Below are positions 41,079 through 54,289 of a stretch of 64,000 nucleotides of DNA, piece after piece. A model generated the notes under the pieces. The model was not told where the DNA came from. It saw nothing but the letters and a program-made list of their open reading frames with translations, and ran no database searches. The position numbers and the translations under genes were made by a program. The stretch spans positions 4,216,001 through 4,280,000 of the forward strand of contig CDRNST010000062.1 in assembly GCA_977016875.1 (NCBI GenBank), given 5' to 3'. The DNA is from Pavona decussata. Its lineage: Eukaryota. The first letter of the stretch is position 1; every line of letters begins with the position of its first letter.

Positions 41079-43718
41079 ATTTGAAGTCGCTGCAATACGC
41101 GCCAAGAACGGTAGAGTACAGTGTACCGTTGACACAAATTTCGTGTCGTGCAATTGTCCCAGCTACAAATTTGACAATATTTGCAAGCATTCCATTGCTG
41201 TCGCTCAGCTAAAAGGGTGCCTAGAAATGCACTTAAAATATGTTCACAACAAATCAAGGGCAAGGTTCCCCTAAACCGCTCTGGCAGAAGCCAATGTGGA
41301 CAAACAGCGCGCAGGGAAGAAAGTCTCGTCCCTTGAAACAACAAAGCGCACCAACTGAAGTTCCCTAAGGAAGCAGCAATGGTGTCTATACAGAATCACA
41401 CCTCAACGACAATCCTTTCCTCACAATCCAATCCTTCCTGAAGAGGCAAAGAAGTGCAGAAGCTGCAATGTGGACTTCTGTCACTGCCAAAGACACCTCC
41501 CGTTTGATTTGGTTCTGGAGCACAAAGAAAGGTGGTATTTTCCCGTAAATGGGGATTGGAAAAACAAAGTTCCGTCAAACAAAGAAGGATCAAGATTTTA
41601 TCACGCCAACCTTCAGAAATGTCTCAAACCCAGGTTTTCATACATCTCGTCGCAGTATATACACATTCCAGAGGAAACGCTCCCAAAGCTGCACGAATCA
41701 CACAAGGAACTTCTCAGGCGGGAGTTTCAAATGGACATATCATAGAGATTGAGAATTGATAAACAAAGGAGTAGCAAATAAGCTCTATTTTATGCCTCAA
41801 CGGATGAACACTGAGAAATCGGACAAGGCATTTCGCCAATGTAATTCATTAATTTAACTTTAATGACAAGGCATTATGGACCCCTTGTCCTTTGGGCCTA
41901 TATATGAAACATTGTTTGTATCTCACTGTTCCTCTCGTCACTGAAATTCACGATGAATACTTTAAGGAAAACCTGAGGACTAATAGTTTTAAGTGTGTGA
42001 GCTTCATCGGCGTCTTTTTCACCATGATTTAATTAAGAGCTGTTCAACAGTTAAAGGCGGACATTTCGCCAGATTAGACCTTCACTTTGTAGTGCTTGGA
42101 GAGTTTCATGTTCTTGTTGCGTTTGTTGTTGTTGTTTCCTAAGTTTGTCACAGTAGTGAAGAACTGTCGATTTTGTGCGAATGGTACTTTTCAAAGCCAC
42201 TGTTTAAATCTACTAGTAACTTTAATTGAATCTAACTATTGTATGTTGCACGTTCCAGTTTTTGGCATTCAGTGAGGCGCTTTCCATAAGTCCAGATGGA
42301 TGTCATCGTCTCATTAGAAAGAGGTGAACAAAGGGTCACAACCTCCCGAATGTGTCAAATTTTTCCGTTTCAACTGGTTTGAACGGAGATCGCTGAAAGC
42401 GCCCCATTTGAAAATCATATGCATGTTAATGTTATTTTTGAAATTTAAGAATAATATCAAATCTAAGGTAGTTTTGTTAGCAAAGGTTAATCATAATTTT
42501 ACATTTTATATTACAGATAAAACTAAGTCTTGATTGTCAGCGATTTCGTACCTTATATTAAACGAATCTGTTTATGTTTCTAGTTTGTACACTCTTGGCT
42601 TGCCTAATTACAACTTGTGTTGTAATTATTCCAAAAGTACATTGCTCGTGTATTCGACCGTGTTGGATACAGTTGAGCTACGTGCATACCACAGCACAGA
42701 CCGAATTGTTATACATTTTATGATCTTTTTGACATAAACTCAATGTTTCAGCCTGAGGTATGTTCTTAACATATTCTTAACTTTTAGTCCCTTTTTAGCC
42801 TCAACGTTCTCATAAAAGAAAAAGAGTGTTACTTCAATGAAGGATTAAATTTTCTTTTTAATTAGAATTTACCTTCTGAGGTATTTTCTCAGGGATGCGC
42901 GTTTTTCACCAATGGGACACCTTCCATGATGGTAGCATTACGATTTCTAAGGGGGGAAAAACCGCACTAAGAGACTTCTTTAACACAACTGTCTCGGCGG
43001 CGGGTTGGCCTGGTAACTTAGAATCGGCGGTAAAAACCTCGTGAATATCGTAAAGTGACATTCTGATTTCGAAAAAAAACACACACCGGGCAATTTCAAT
43101 GGATTCGACATGGACATATCGAGCAGACAGGACGACGTGTGCAGGGAAACAATTGGAAATTCGCACTACTAAACTACCTGAATTAATGTGGGTAACTTTC
43201 GTGAGTTCTAATTGGTCCATGGTTTCCAAAGTAATCGTTAACCAATGGAATCTCACGAAATTTACCAAATAGAAATTTTTGTATATCGAACACAAGTATT
43301 GTCAACCCACTCCTTCCCCTCCCAGGATTTGTAATGATACCTAATTTCCCCTAAATCGCAGTTTAATACAAATGCCGTCTTGTGTATGTCAATACTGACA
43401 AAGGCACACAAGCACTTGACAGAATTTGTTTTTAGGTCTTCCGCTAAACTCCACCGAGCTGAGGCGAAAGGGTCTTCGTTTTCGATGAGGGGGTCTTCGT
43501 TTTCGATCAGGGGGTCTTAGGTCTTCGGTCTTCGGCCCTCTCGCGCTTCCTCGCCCAAGATGACAGCAACGAAGGATTATTCAGCGCTCCCGCTCCAAAA
43601 ATACGCCTGCATTGCAGGCTAACCGCCATGAGACTTGGTGATATGTGCGGTATATAAGAATTCATTCATTCATTCATTCATTGAAATCCAAAAAGAAAGA
43701 GAAGAAAGAAAATCCAAA
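36540..43718 (+). repeat. Near-identical direct duplication, copy 2
   Basis: See 1-7161. Confidence 0.97.
38642..41745 (+). pseudogene. Second copy of the MULE transposase pseudogene
   Basis: Same lesions as copy 1 plus an extra frameshift/stop near 40545-40558. Confidence 0.85.
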
Positions 43719-43729
43719 AAAAAAAAAAA

Positions 43730-46598
43730 AGTATCAGTCAATCGAGCAGTTATGTTTTCGTTGTCCAATTTTCTTGAATCCGAGGTAATGCACCTGAGAT
43801 ATACTTGCCGGAGAAGTTCAAAGGCCTTTCTGTTTCATCAATTGCGTGACACTCAAAATGCTAAGCCCTAAAACAGTCACGACCTTCGAGAAGGCTCTTG
43901 GCCAATATTAAACTTGAGTCGGTGGCAATAAACATGCCTATACATAAAATAAGTCACAGTTTTTAATTAAGAGTTTCTCGGAAAAAAAAGAAAACGATGT
44001 CTTGTGGATCAGGAGGTCGACTAAACTAACTAACAACTCATGATCATGTAGCCAGATCTAGAGCCGTTATGTTTCATGAACAAAGGGTTGACTTTGGCAG
44101 TGAAATTGGTGCTGTGAAGCTAATTTCAGCATGTTGATTTATCTGTCTTAGTTTGGAATATTGAATAACTTGGGGCGTGTTTTTGTGATCAAACTGAGTC
44201 AGCTCTTTTATTGTTTTCCTGTTTTTCCGGGAAATGTCCGTTAAAATCTGTGATGTGGGCACGTTTTCACCCGCTCTAATTAACCTTGGCTAGGGCCTCC
44301 TCGAAGGTTGGAATTGAAAAAAAAATACTTTTAAGTATTTTTTTTTCAATACGTAGTTATTTTAATTTCCTTTCCCCCTTGCATACACAGACTGAGGGGA
44401 CTGGCTAGGGAGATGTACACCTCCCCCACTAATGAGCACATGGAGTACTTGACTACAAATATTTTAGGGATTAAAGAGGTCGGATCAGAATTTTGGAGTG
44501 TCAGGCACACTGGTAAAGCAAATAGGCCTGAGACAACTTTTTTTGAGACAGTATATCTCAGGTGCATTACCTCGGATTCAAGAGAATTGGACCGCGAAAA
44601 TATAACTGCCTGATAGACTGATAGATTGTTTGACATCACGTGATCAGTAGAGCAACAACTATAAAGAGTTGTAAGATATTTTAAGCGTAATGGCAATACC
44701 GGGCGCAGTTTGCTAGGCTAGAACTTGGAAACAAAACTCAAACTCGTTGGGGATAAGACTTTGGTTATTTTTCATCAGATTTTTCATGGCCTACAAACTT
44801 ACAATAATACAAGAAAAAAAGGCTCAGTTGAACAAATAAGTAAAAAATTATACAGGAAGAAGATTGCGGATTGATTCCTTGATTTGCTGACAAAGAAGGA
44901 GGGTTACATAACACACCTCTGTTGTCGTACTGCGTACGACAACATTTGGCTAAACCGCTCGCTATATCGTGATTTTCAAGCCTATTACGGGATTCTCACA
45001 CGATGGTGATCTATGTTTATAAAGATTCAAAGTTCAAATGACGAACCTAAGACTTCTTCTGGCAATCAACACACCCTTACCCTCTATCACAAATAACTGA
45101 TTCATTTAGCCATGTGAAGCTCTGCGCAGAAGATCAAATTCCTAATTAGACATCATTCGAATTCAGAGATTTTCAGAAGCGCCAGGAAAGCTGAAACTCT
45201 GAAATCTTTGATAACTACCATAAAAAAATATTTAACTTTCTCTGTATACAAACAGCCTGATTGCAAAATAATTTTATGACAGAATTGACTTTAAGGAAAG
45301 TCAATAGTTTGTGTTAATTTTTTGTTGTTGCACAATCGACTTTGTTTTTTTTTTTTTAGCGGTTCCTTTAAATCATTTTGGAAACACTGACAGGTGGTAG
45401 TGACAAGTTTTTTTCTCTCTAATTGTCAAAAGTCTGTTTTACGGAAAATACAGACTTTTAACACCGCACAAGGCTTGGTCAACTGTCTACGATTCTTCAA
45501 ACAGGGGTCATTGATTCATTGGCAGCTACAGAACTCCTTTGAGCACATGCGGTATTGTTTTTGAACGTGCTTTAAGACTTTATATGGCTAATTAAGTATC
45601 TTCACAATACTTAATTGGCCATAGCACGTTCAAACACATTCCTAACGGCTGCCTGTAACCCAATACCGCTTGCACTCAAACGTTATCGTCCCACTAGTAA
45701 TAAATCATTACAAGCACTCCAGTGACGCTAGCTTGGTTTGACTGTGATTCAGCTATGAACGAAGGACAGGTCTGCACGCAGACAGACAACCCGTATAGCT
45801 GGTATATGAAACCAGGCGTCACCGTCTTGCACTAAGTGCTTTAAAAGAACACTTGAAGGTTTCAGGATCAAATACAATGTTCAAGCAAAGGAGCGCTTTT
45901 AGAATGCTCCTACCTTTTCCAGCCAAAACATTTGAATATTTTAATGTTATATCAGTTGAGTTTGTTGTCCTTGCTGTTCAATTTTATATAGCTATATTAT
46001 AGAAAATAAACTTGTTGCGTTTGGTTTGCGTGGTTTCTCATCTTCATATATTCATATGTTATTACTTAGCTATAGCGATAACTTGTTTATAGAATACTCG
46101 ACAGTGAAATAAAGAGGCCTGTTGGCAGCCTTGTATAGAACGGAGTAGTAAAACAGTGAAATATCTGGCTTTTACAAAATTTATTAACAGCTGACACAAA
46201 ACGCTGTGTAATACAAGGCTTGTTATTACATCTTGCAACTACAGAAAAGCTTCAGATTTCAATACAATCTCCCGATTAATTGGCCTTTCTCTTCAGACTC
46301 AGTCTTACAGTCATTTTGTTTACACTGCGGGACATCATAAACAGCGGGCATAGCACTGGGTTCACCCTCCATTATTAGTACAAATTTGGTGGCACTTGCC
46401 GGCTAATCTTTCTATGCATTTCTGGTCATTAACTTCATTTCTACCTTTACAAATACCACAACCATGTCTTGATGCCATCATGCTTGGGTCCGGTAAAAGA
46501 ACCAAATCAAAATATTCTGGTAAGAGTTAAGCCGGCGTCAGTCTCCACATTCATTTAAGTATAAGCAGGTTTGGTGATTAAAGGCGTAACTTTCGAAT
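43730..46598 (+). repeat. Diverged direct duplicate of about 54672-58458 (includes the distal msrA 3' UTR)
   Basis: Colinear matches (43760 vs 54705, 44400 vs 55345, 45900 vs 57728, 46500 vs 58361) with a large deletion near 44710. Confidence 0.9.
46298..46355 (-). promoter_or_regulatory. Degenerate duplicate SECIS (core and helix II kept, 3' arm of helix I deleted)
   Basis: Near-identical to 58162-58219, but lacks the 27 nt between the CTCAGT direct repeats seen at 58135-58167. Confidence 0.7.
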
Positions 46599-48096
46599 CG
46601 GTGTAATTTAGAAGGTTGCCCAACCGATGAGGGGATACATAGGGCCCGGCAGTTATGTAAACAAAGTTTAACTTAGGCCGTGGCTTAAGACGATCACGGG
46701 TTCTCCAAATCTGTTCATAAGTGTTTTATTTTAAGAACGAACAACTAACGATGTGATATTTAGTTGAAGAAAAACAAAAGAGCAGTTGATTGGACAAGTA
46801 GGGGACATAATAACATTCAACACAAAAAAGATTTGGTGAACAAAGAGCTATATATCTGAATGGGACGTATGAACTCTTTCAAAGAACTGATGATGTATTG
46901 TATTCCTATTCGTCTCGCAATCGAGGTTCTGCGGTGATAACTTTGCGAATTTTGTTATTTAACTAGAAGTCAGGAATACAGACAAAAATACTGGCTTCTG
47001 GCGGAGTCCATTGGAAGTCAGTAAATATCATAATGTTCAAACTGCTCTTGAATTTGTTCTGTACCAAGTCTGAAATGCCAAGAAATGCAATCAATAGATG
47101 GATACTTGTAAAGTTTTGCAAAACAAAACCTTTAACAAGATTTACTCATGCTAATAAACATCAATTTGGATATCCCTTTTGCTTAAATGGAAGAAAAATA
47201 ACTGTTACCCGAAAATAGGTTTTTCAATTCAAAAGTTTCACACAAGTTTTAGCCTTGATACACATGGCTAAATGCCAAAACAGAATTAAAACTTTCTCGT
47301 CATTTTGCTTCGAAACATCCAGCGCTAACACCTATTGCCTATTTCAAGCGGAATTCAGTTAGCCCCATTTTTTCCAAAGCTATCCGCAAGGTACCCAATG
47401 GTCCATTTCTGTGGATATTAGCGCCTAAGAAATTCAGATCTAGTTATGAAGAAAGTCGAAAGTTTTCTTAACAAGATCTCAGCTTAAAAATTTCTTTTAA
47501 CTCTGGAAACTAATTCCTTTCCTTTACGAAGGAAAAGGAGCAAATATGTTGTTATAAAATTCGGGAAAAAGTCAGCCAACACTCTTGGAAAGCCGACAAC
47601 AGCTGGTAAATTTGGAAAAAGATCCCGTTCCCTAAAAGTTTCGGCAACTTAAATTTTCAGCTAAAGTATCGGAAGAGATCAAACTGTCAGCAGCTTACAC
47701 ACTGATATGTTTTTTAAAGGGTACAAAACGATCTGGAAACACATGAGATAACATTTTAATGATCCTCTTGGGTGCCCTGTACAAGATACACACCCAAGGC
47801 ATGCATAACCTGAGTCTACACGCAGACAATAGAGTCAATTGATTCATGACAAAGATTAATGGTGAAACGACGGCATCTTTATTGAAATCAAAAGTATAAC
47901 TTTTTCTACAGTAACTGTGAATTATTTTCGCCTCTTAGTTTCAGAATAATTCATCTAAGCTACTACAGGGCGTGTTTAATTTTATCCACAGTCCTTAACC
48001 TAAACCGACTGCTAACGCCAAGGTGCCTTTTACATGTTGTGCTTTCAAACTAATGATTATTTGCCATCGTCCTTTGTTTAAGCGGTGACGACCCCT

Positions 48097-51000
48097 TCAC
48101 AAGATCTTGAAATCTCTGAAGTAAATCACGTTCTTGTAACCATTGGCAACCAAAACACCACCACGTCGTTTGATTGGATAACGTGGATTGAATGACGTCA
48201 CCAAGTTGCCTTTCAAGTACACCCTCACTTCCCCTGCTGGGGTAGCAGTTGAGACTGTCACCTTTACGTTGAACCATTCTGCTCCCCTTGGGGGACCGGC
48301 CGGGCAGGTAGCTGACTTAGCTCCGTCAAATTTGGGTTGGCCTTTGTAAACGTAACCCGTTTGAAAGCATCCGCTGGCTGAGTGAAGCCTGTAAAATAAA
48401 AATAGGAACAGCGATATCTGTTGAAAGTTAAACTGACAGCTTACTGGTTAGGTGTACAAGTCTATCATAAATTCATGAAGAGGTTGCGGGAACTCTTATT
48501 TTATTTTTCCGAGTTTGCCTGCTTCACTGTAACTCGGATGATTTGTACTCGTCGGAAAAAAATCCAAAAAGGGGCCGGGAGGGGCGGTACAAAAAATACC
48601 ATTTCCCACCCCAAATTTTGCTCATATCTCAGCTTCCAGCACAAATTATGCCTCACATTTCATTCCCGGTTCATAAATTTAATAATCAAATTCCATTCCC
48701 AATACATCTGATCAAATCCCTTCAACACTCTAAAAAAGGAAAAGTTATCCACCTTTCTTTTCACCACCATTTAAAAAAAATTAAGACTTCATTACAAACC
48801 TGAAATAGACGAAATCATAGTTGTCTTCATCTTCCACGTTAAAGAACACTCCCGGATGTCCGTAGTTGACTCCATCGTGTCCAATGAAGTTAAACAAATC
48901 AACCGAGAGCACATAACTTGTACTTGTGTCATCATTTAAGAACGCAACCTGACAGAAGGCATCCTGTGGCCATCTTCCATGGTCGGCATCCATTTTGACA
49001 TAACCGGGGAGCTCAACCACCTACACAGAAAAACATGATAACTGATCGTTTGTCTCACGTTTCGACTGCTATACTGCTGGTCTTCATTGCCTGATGAATT
49101 AAAAAGACCAGCAGTATAGCGGTCGAAACGTCGCGATCCACATCTATGTGCCTCAATCGGGAGACAAACGATTAACTCAGCTATCATTTAAAACCACGAT
49201 GACGAACACTTTTCATAATATTAACCAGAAAAACATATATACAGGTCTGCAGGGATTCACTCTTTTTATGGCATTAAAATACATTTCAAAAGCAAGTTAT
49301 AGTGAACGCAGTTTTCCTCCACGTTCCTTGTTTTATGAACAAGCGACACATTTGACCTTCTGTATCATTGCATGAGGTATAGTAACGTTAAACGCCTTGG
49401 TACTTTCAATTGGAACATTAGCGATTCGCCACAACCTCGCCAGAAGGGACGCTTGAATACAATTGAAAGGCTTTACAGTATGGTGGCGCTTTAAAAAAAA
49501 CAGCTGTTATTTGGGAGCTAAATCGAATCATTATGATACACATTTCGAACAAGTCATGACGTTACCTGCTTGCACCTCTTGCTGACGGAAACTTGAGGGG
49601 CAATTTGGAACTTCCTGAAGAGGATCACGTTTTGGTAACCATGGAAAGTGAATACGCCTCCCCGAGCTCTCAGAGCAAAATGGGACGTGATAGTCGCCAC
49701 CAGGACTCCACTGTGATAAATTTGCGCGGTTTGACCGTGGACTTTAACTGAGACTGGGAACCAGACACCGCCTTTCGGGGGACCATTGGGGCAGGCCTTA
49801 CTCTCAACAAAGTGCAAACTTCCACCGGCCATGTATCCGGTCTGATAACAACTGGGTGCACTGTGGGGCCTAAACAGTTTCAATAGACACACGAGTTAAA
49901 GTTAGCCACACTATAAAGCAGCTACCGACCTAGCAATTTATGTGTTGAATATCAGAATGTCAGCTTGACGAGCAACTCAATCAATTACGTTTTATCTCGA
50001 TCAGTCGTTTTTTCAAGTTCGGTAATGAAAATGGAGGCAATCAATCATTAATCGGTCAGCCTGTCTGTCAGCCAGCTGGTCATCAGTCATTCATTTGGGT
50101 CATCGTTCAGTCAGTCAGTCACTCAGTCAGTCAGTCAAGCTATCGTCAGTCTGTCAGTCAGCCCTTCAATCAGGATATCGTCAGTCCTGTCAGTCAGCTG
50201 GTCGGTCAAACTATCGTCAGTTTGTCAGTCAGCCCTTCAATCAAGCTATCGTCAGTCTGTCAGTCAGCCGGTCGGTCAAGCTATCGTCAGTCTGTCAGTC
50301 AGCCGGACGGTCAAGCTATCGTCAGTTCTGTCAGTCAGCTGGTCATCAGTTACTCCGTTTGGTCATCAATCAGTCAGTCAGTCAGTCAGTCAGTCAGTCA
50401 GTCAGTCGGCCGGTCAGTCAGGTGATCATCAATCTGTCAGTCAGCTGGTCATCATTAAGTCAGTTTAATAGTCAACTTCAATCACTCAGCCGGCGGTCGT
50501 CAGCCAGTCATTCAGCTGGTAATCAGTTAGTCCGTCAGTTAGTCACCCGGTCATCTTATCAGCCACATAACTAGTCTGTCAGTGAATTAATTGACCTATT
50601 AATGGAGGGGGGGGGGGGGGGGAGGATAAATGAGACATTTGAGTTGCACAATAAGTCTTGGTCAAAATGGGCCAACCTGGTTCCTGAAATATCAGTAAAA
50701 AGAGGATCAAATTCCCCGATCCTGGGACGGCTATTACTCTGAACAGTGAGGTAATGTTACTAATCCAAAAGCAACAACAACCTTTAAGAAGAAATGTCTC
50801 TTAATGACATGCCATTAACATTTGGCAACATTTGGTATTTTAACGTTTTTAAAACCGAAATGAACTCATGCTACCTGCAGTCTGACATTCGTATAATAAT
50901 CAATATCAGCAGAGTTAACATTATTGTCGATCCAGAAACAACTGAACAATTATCAGACGAGATCATGGACTCTTTCTTATCTTCAGTTGCTGTAGGAGCC

Positions 51001-52552
51001 AATTCATGATTGGAATCCATCCGCTAAGTGCGTTTATATCAGAAGTGGTATATTAGTCCTTTGGGCTATCAGAACACTGACCGAGTGCAAATGAAGGTTT
51101 TTTTTTCTTATTATCGTTTCAGGTTTGGCTCTCTTCAACAGCACTCGGACAATTATCTTTCTCCTCTTTCTTCCTTTGTTGTATTATTAGTTCTCTAAAG
51201 ATGAGTTATCATCTTTCAAAGAGCCGTCTTGAATACGAAATTCGGCCTCAGTCCTTCTCAGAATAGAAAAACACATTACCCTGGGCCCAGAGTCTCAGTC
51301 AAATTTCCAAGGGTTAGGATGGCAAATGTCCCAAGTATACCCCAGCCACCCCTCCCCACTTCCTCGGGCTTGACCTTAATAGTTGCATATTGGACATTGT
51401 ATCAATAAATTAATCCATTCAGCTATTAATCAATCATTTATTAAATCTAACTAATCAATTAATGAATCAGTTTAGAAAGGACAAGGGGAAAATGGCAAAT
51501 GTACCTGAAGTAAACAAAATCGAAGTTGTTTTCATCAACAGCGTTGAACAGTAATCCAAGATGTCCGCTGTTTACTCCCTGCCATCCCGCTTGGTTTAAG
51601 AGCTCCGCTGACACAGTATACGCCTGCGATTCATCAATGGGCTGAGCAACCGTGCGACACATTAGTCGAGTGTTTGAGCCGAGAGCATCCATTTTGTAGT
51701 GGTTGTCTGGAATGGACTTTACCAGGCTCGTGCATTGTGCTACAGCGGTGACAGAGAACTTGCTGCCGTCTTTTAAAGAGAAATTAATGAGAAAAAATAA
51801 GATTTTTATATAACACTTTCTGAGTATGAATAGAGGATAATGGAGGATTCGAAGTAAACGTTAGCGATGTGGCAAAAGGTTAGAAGTTAACGGTTAATTA
51901 GAATAAGGGCTACAAAGTAAGATCAGCGCTACAGGTTCGGTAATGTTAAAGTTTAATAAACGTTTTCGTTTACACCAGGGACAGCGGAGGGGGAGGGGCT
52001 GGGGGGGCTTTAGCCCCCCCACTTTTTGGATGGTTAAAAAAAATATATTATCAGAAAAAAATATCTTTCACTTATTGAAACAACTTACCCTACATATTGG
52101 TATTAAGTATATAAAGGGTTTCTTCGACAAACCCGATAATATCAGACAGTTTGTCGTTATTTTTGCGCTGAACGGACGCCACTATATTCCAACACGGAAA
52201 TAATGGAATTCAGCTGTTGCTTCTATTTTCTTTCGTTCTTGGATCGGTGTTTCACGAATATAAAGTTTCATCACTAAATAAGTTAGAGGGAGTTTTTGCA
52301 GAAAGGCATTCATTTATGAAAGCTACTTATCGCCTTTACAGTACGCGTAAATGTTTGAAACGGATAATTATGTACATCTACGGTCACCGAGGTCCCTAAA
52401 ACTGATTCAACATCGAGCGCGTGTAGACATTTTCCTTTTCTTAAAACGCACATATGAAACAAACTAGTCAAATACCTAAGAAAAGAGTTTCCTCTTTCTG
52501 GTTATTGCGCTATCGTTCTTTGTATTCAAACTATTCAAAAAGACGGGGTTTT

Positions 52553-52627
<75 letters not shown>

Positions 52628-54289
52628 TTATTTTTTACTTTCTCCTGCTTCACTTAGACAGGGAAAATTTCGTTGGGGGTCAACATGTTATACCAAACTT
52701 GGGCACAGTCCTGTTTATGATTGTTGCTTGGATATGCATGAAGATTTGAAATCGTTTAATATTTTTTCTCGGGGATGGGGGGGGGGGGGGGAAATTCCAT
52801 CCATTCAGCGCCTTCTCCCCCTTTCCTACCACCCCTATTGGTCTTATTAGGGTTAAAGAGGTCACCTTACGTTAAATGTCGCGTAAAGTATGTGACTGTT
52901 AAAATTCCTGGGATCTACTAAGAAGCCATGACACTTCTTTCATGATTATTATCCGTGAAATCAAACTTACTTTTTTTAATTTGTCATGAAGTGTGAGTTC
53001 TGTAGAACTAACACTTGAGTTTGAATTACGGCACATCATGTTGGCCAAGCCAACAGGTGTTTGACAATTAGAAAGAAAAAAGTTGTCACTACCGCTCCCT
53101 GTGTTTCCAAAATGATTTTAAGGAATCAGCAAAAAACAAAGTCGATCAACAACAAAAATTAAGACAAACTATTGACTTTCCTTAAGTCAATTCTGTCAGC
53201 TTGGGTAATTTTGTCTTCAAATTATCTTGCAATCAGGCTGACCGAGAAAGTTCAATATGTTTTTTATGGTAGTTATCTGAGATTTTTATAGTTACAGCTT
53301 CCCTGGCGTCTCTGTAAATCTCTTAAGAAGAATGATGTCTAATTAGGAATTTGATCTTCCGCGCAGAGCTTTACATGACGACTTTATTTGTGATATTGGG
53401 CAAGAGAGTGTTGAGTGCGAAAAGAAGTCTTAGGTTTCTCATTTGAACTTTGAATTTTCAGAACAATAGATCACCATCGTGTGAGAAACCCGAGATATGC
53501 AGGAAAATCACGATTTCACGAGCCTTTTAGCCAAATGTTGGCGTACGCAGTAAAAATACTCATTTTCATACTTGACGTAGATCCTTTAAAAGAGGTGTGT
53601 TCTTTAGCTCTCCTTCTCTTTCAAAAAATTCAGAGCGATCAAGGAATCAATCCGCCTCCATCCCCATCTTCTGCCTGTGCAGAAGACTAATATCTGTGAA
53701 TAAATCCTTCTTGAACGCGAAACTGATACTTCCCGTGGGATGAGCGCCGTCTGCATCACCTGATACATCTGATCACCCTTGCTCTCTTAACTTAATCTGT
53801 GACGCACATTGTTTTTGCCATATAGTCTATTTAGTATTCCATTGAGAACAAAGAAAAGTTAAATTTGAACTTAAATTTTGTTAGCTCAGGAAAGGTGTTG
53901 AGAACAATTACTCTTTTATCGTCGTCTTAAGTTCTTAAAGTGATTCAGTGTCTTTGAATAGTGCTACAGAAGTCTTCTGCGCACAGCAAATTGTTCAATT
54001 TTACCAATCTCGCGAAAGACACGATTAACACCGACAGTAGTTTTCGCTTTGAGAATCAAGCCTTACTGAAGATTCGACGTTACGTACCTTCAGTGCAGCG
54101 ACCACCACCAAGAATTGCACTGTGTGCTTTCACTTTCTTCTCCAACCGAGCCTGTCTTTGTCGGATGTTATCCAGCACTCCACAAACGCTCCTAAGCGTA
54201 CACTGTTGCTGGCGTGACGCATTACCTATTACTCCGTTAACAATCACCACCAAAAAGGTGCACACGACAAAGAAAACGAAGTTTTGCAT
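48097..54289 (-). CDS. Secreted protein: signal peptide, short coiled coil, two tandem ConA-like/DUF1080-like beta-sandwich repeats (427 aa), lectin-like
   Basis: Exons 54289-54088, 51769-51505, 49869-49566, 49020-48800 and 48388-48097; phases 1,2,0,2; 1284 nt open. Repeat motifs GH(L/P)G.FN..DE.N(F/Y)DFVYFR, C(Y/F)QTGY, GPP(K/R)G..WF.V.V.V, GY.NVI.FR.F.I. AATAAA at 47883-47878. The fold assignment is inference. Confidence 0.82.
50040..50585. repeat. Degenerate (CAGT)n-derived low-complexity tract in intron 2 of the lectin-like gene
   Basis: Seen directly. Confidence 0.9.

Noticed and set aside
47997-48099. Sec readthrough of the lectin-like gene's TGA stop using the orphan SECIS
   Set aside because: The TGA falls at the natural domain end, an AATAAA at 47883-47878 precedes the SECIS copy, and that copy lacks helix I.
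50095-50574. 159-aa S/Q/V-rich ORF
   Set aside because: Reading of a (CAGT)n tract, antisense within an intron.
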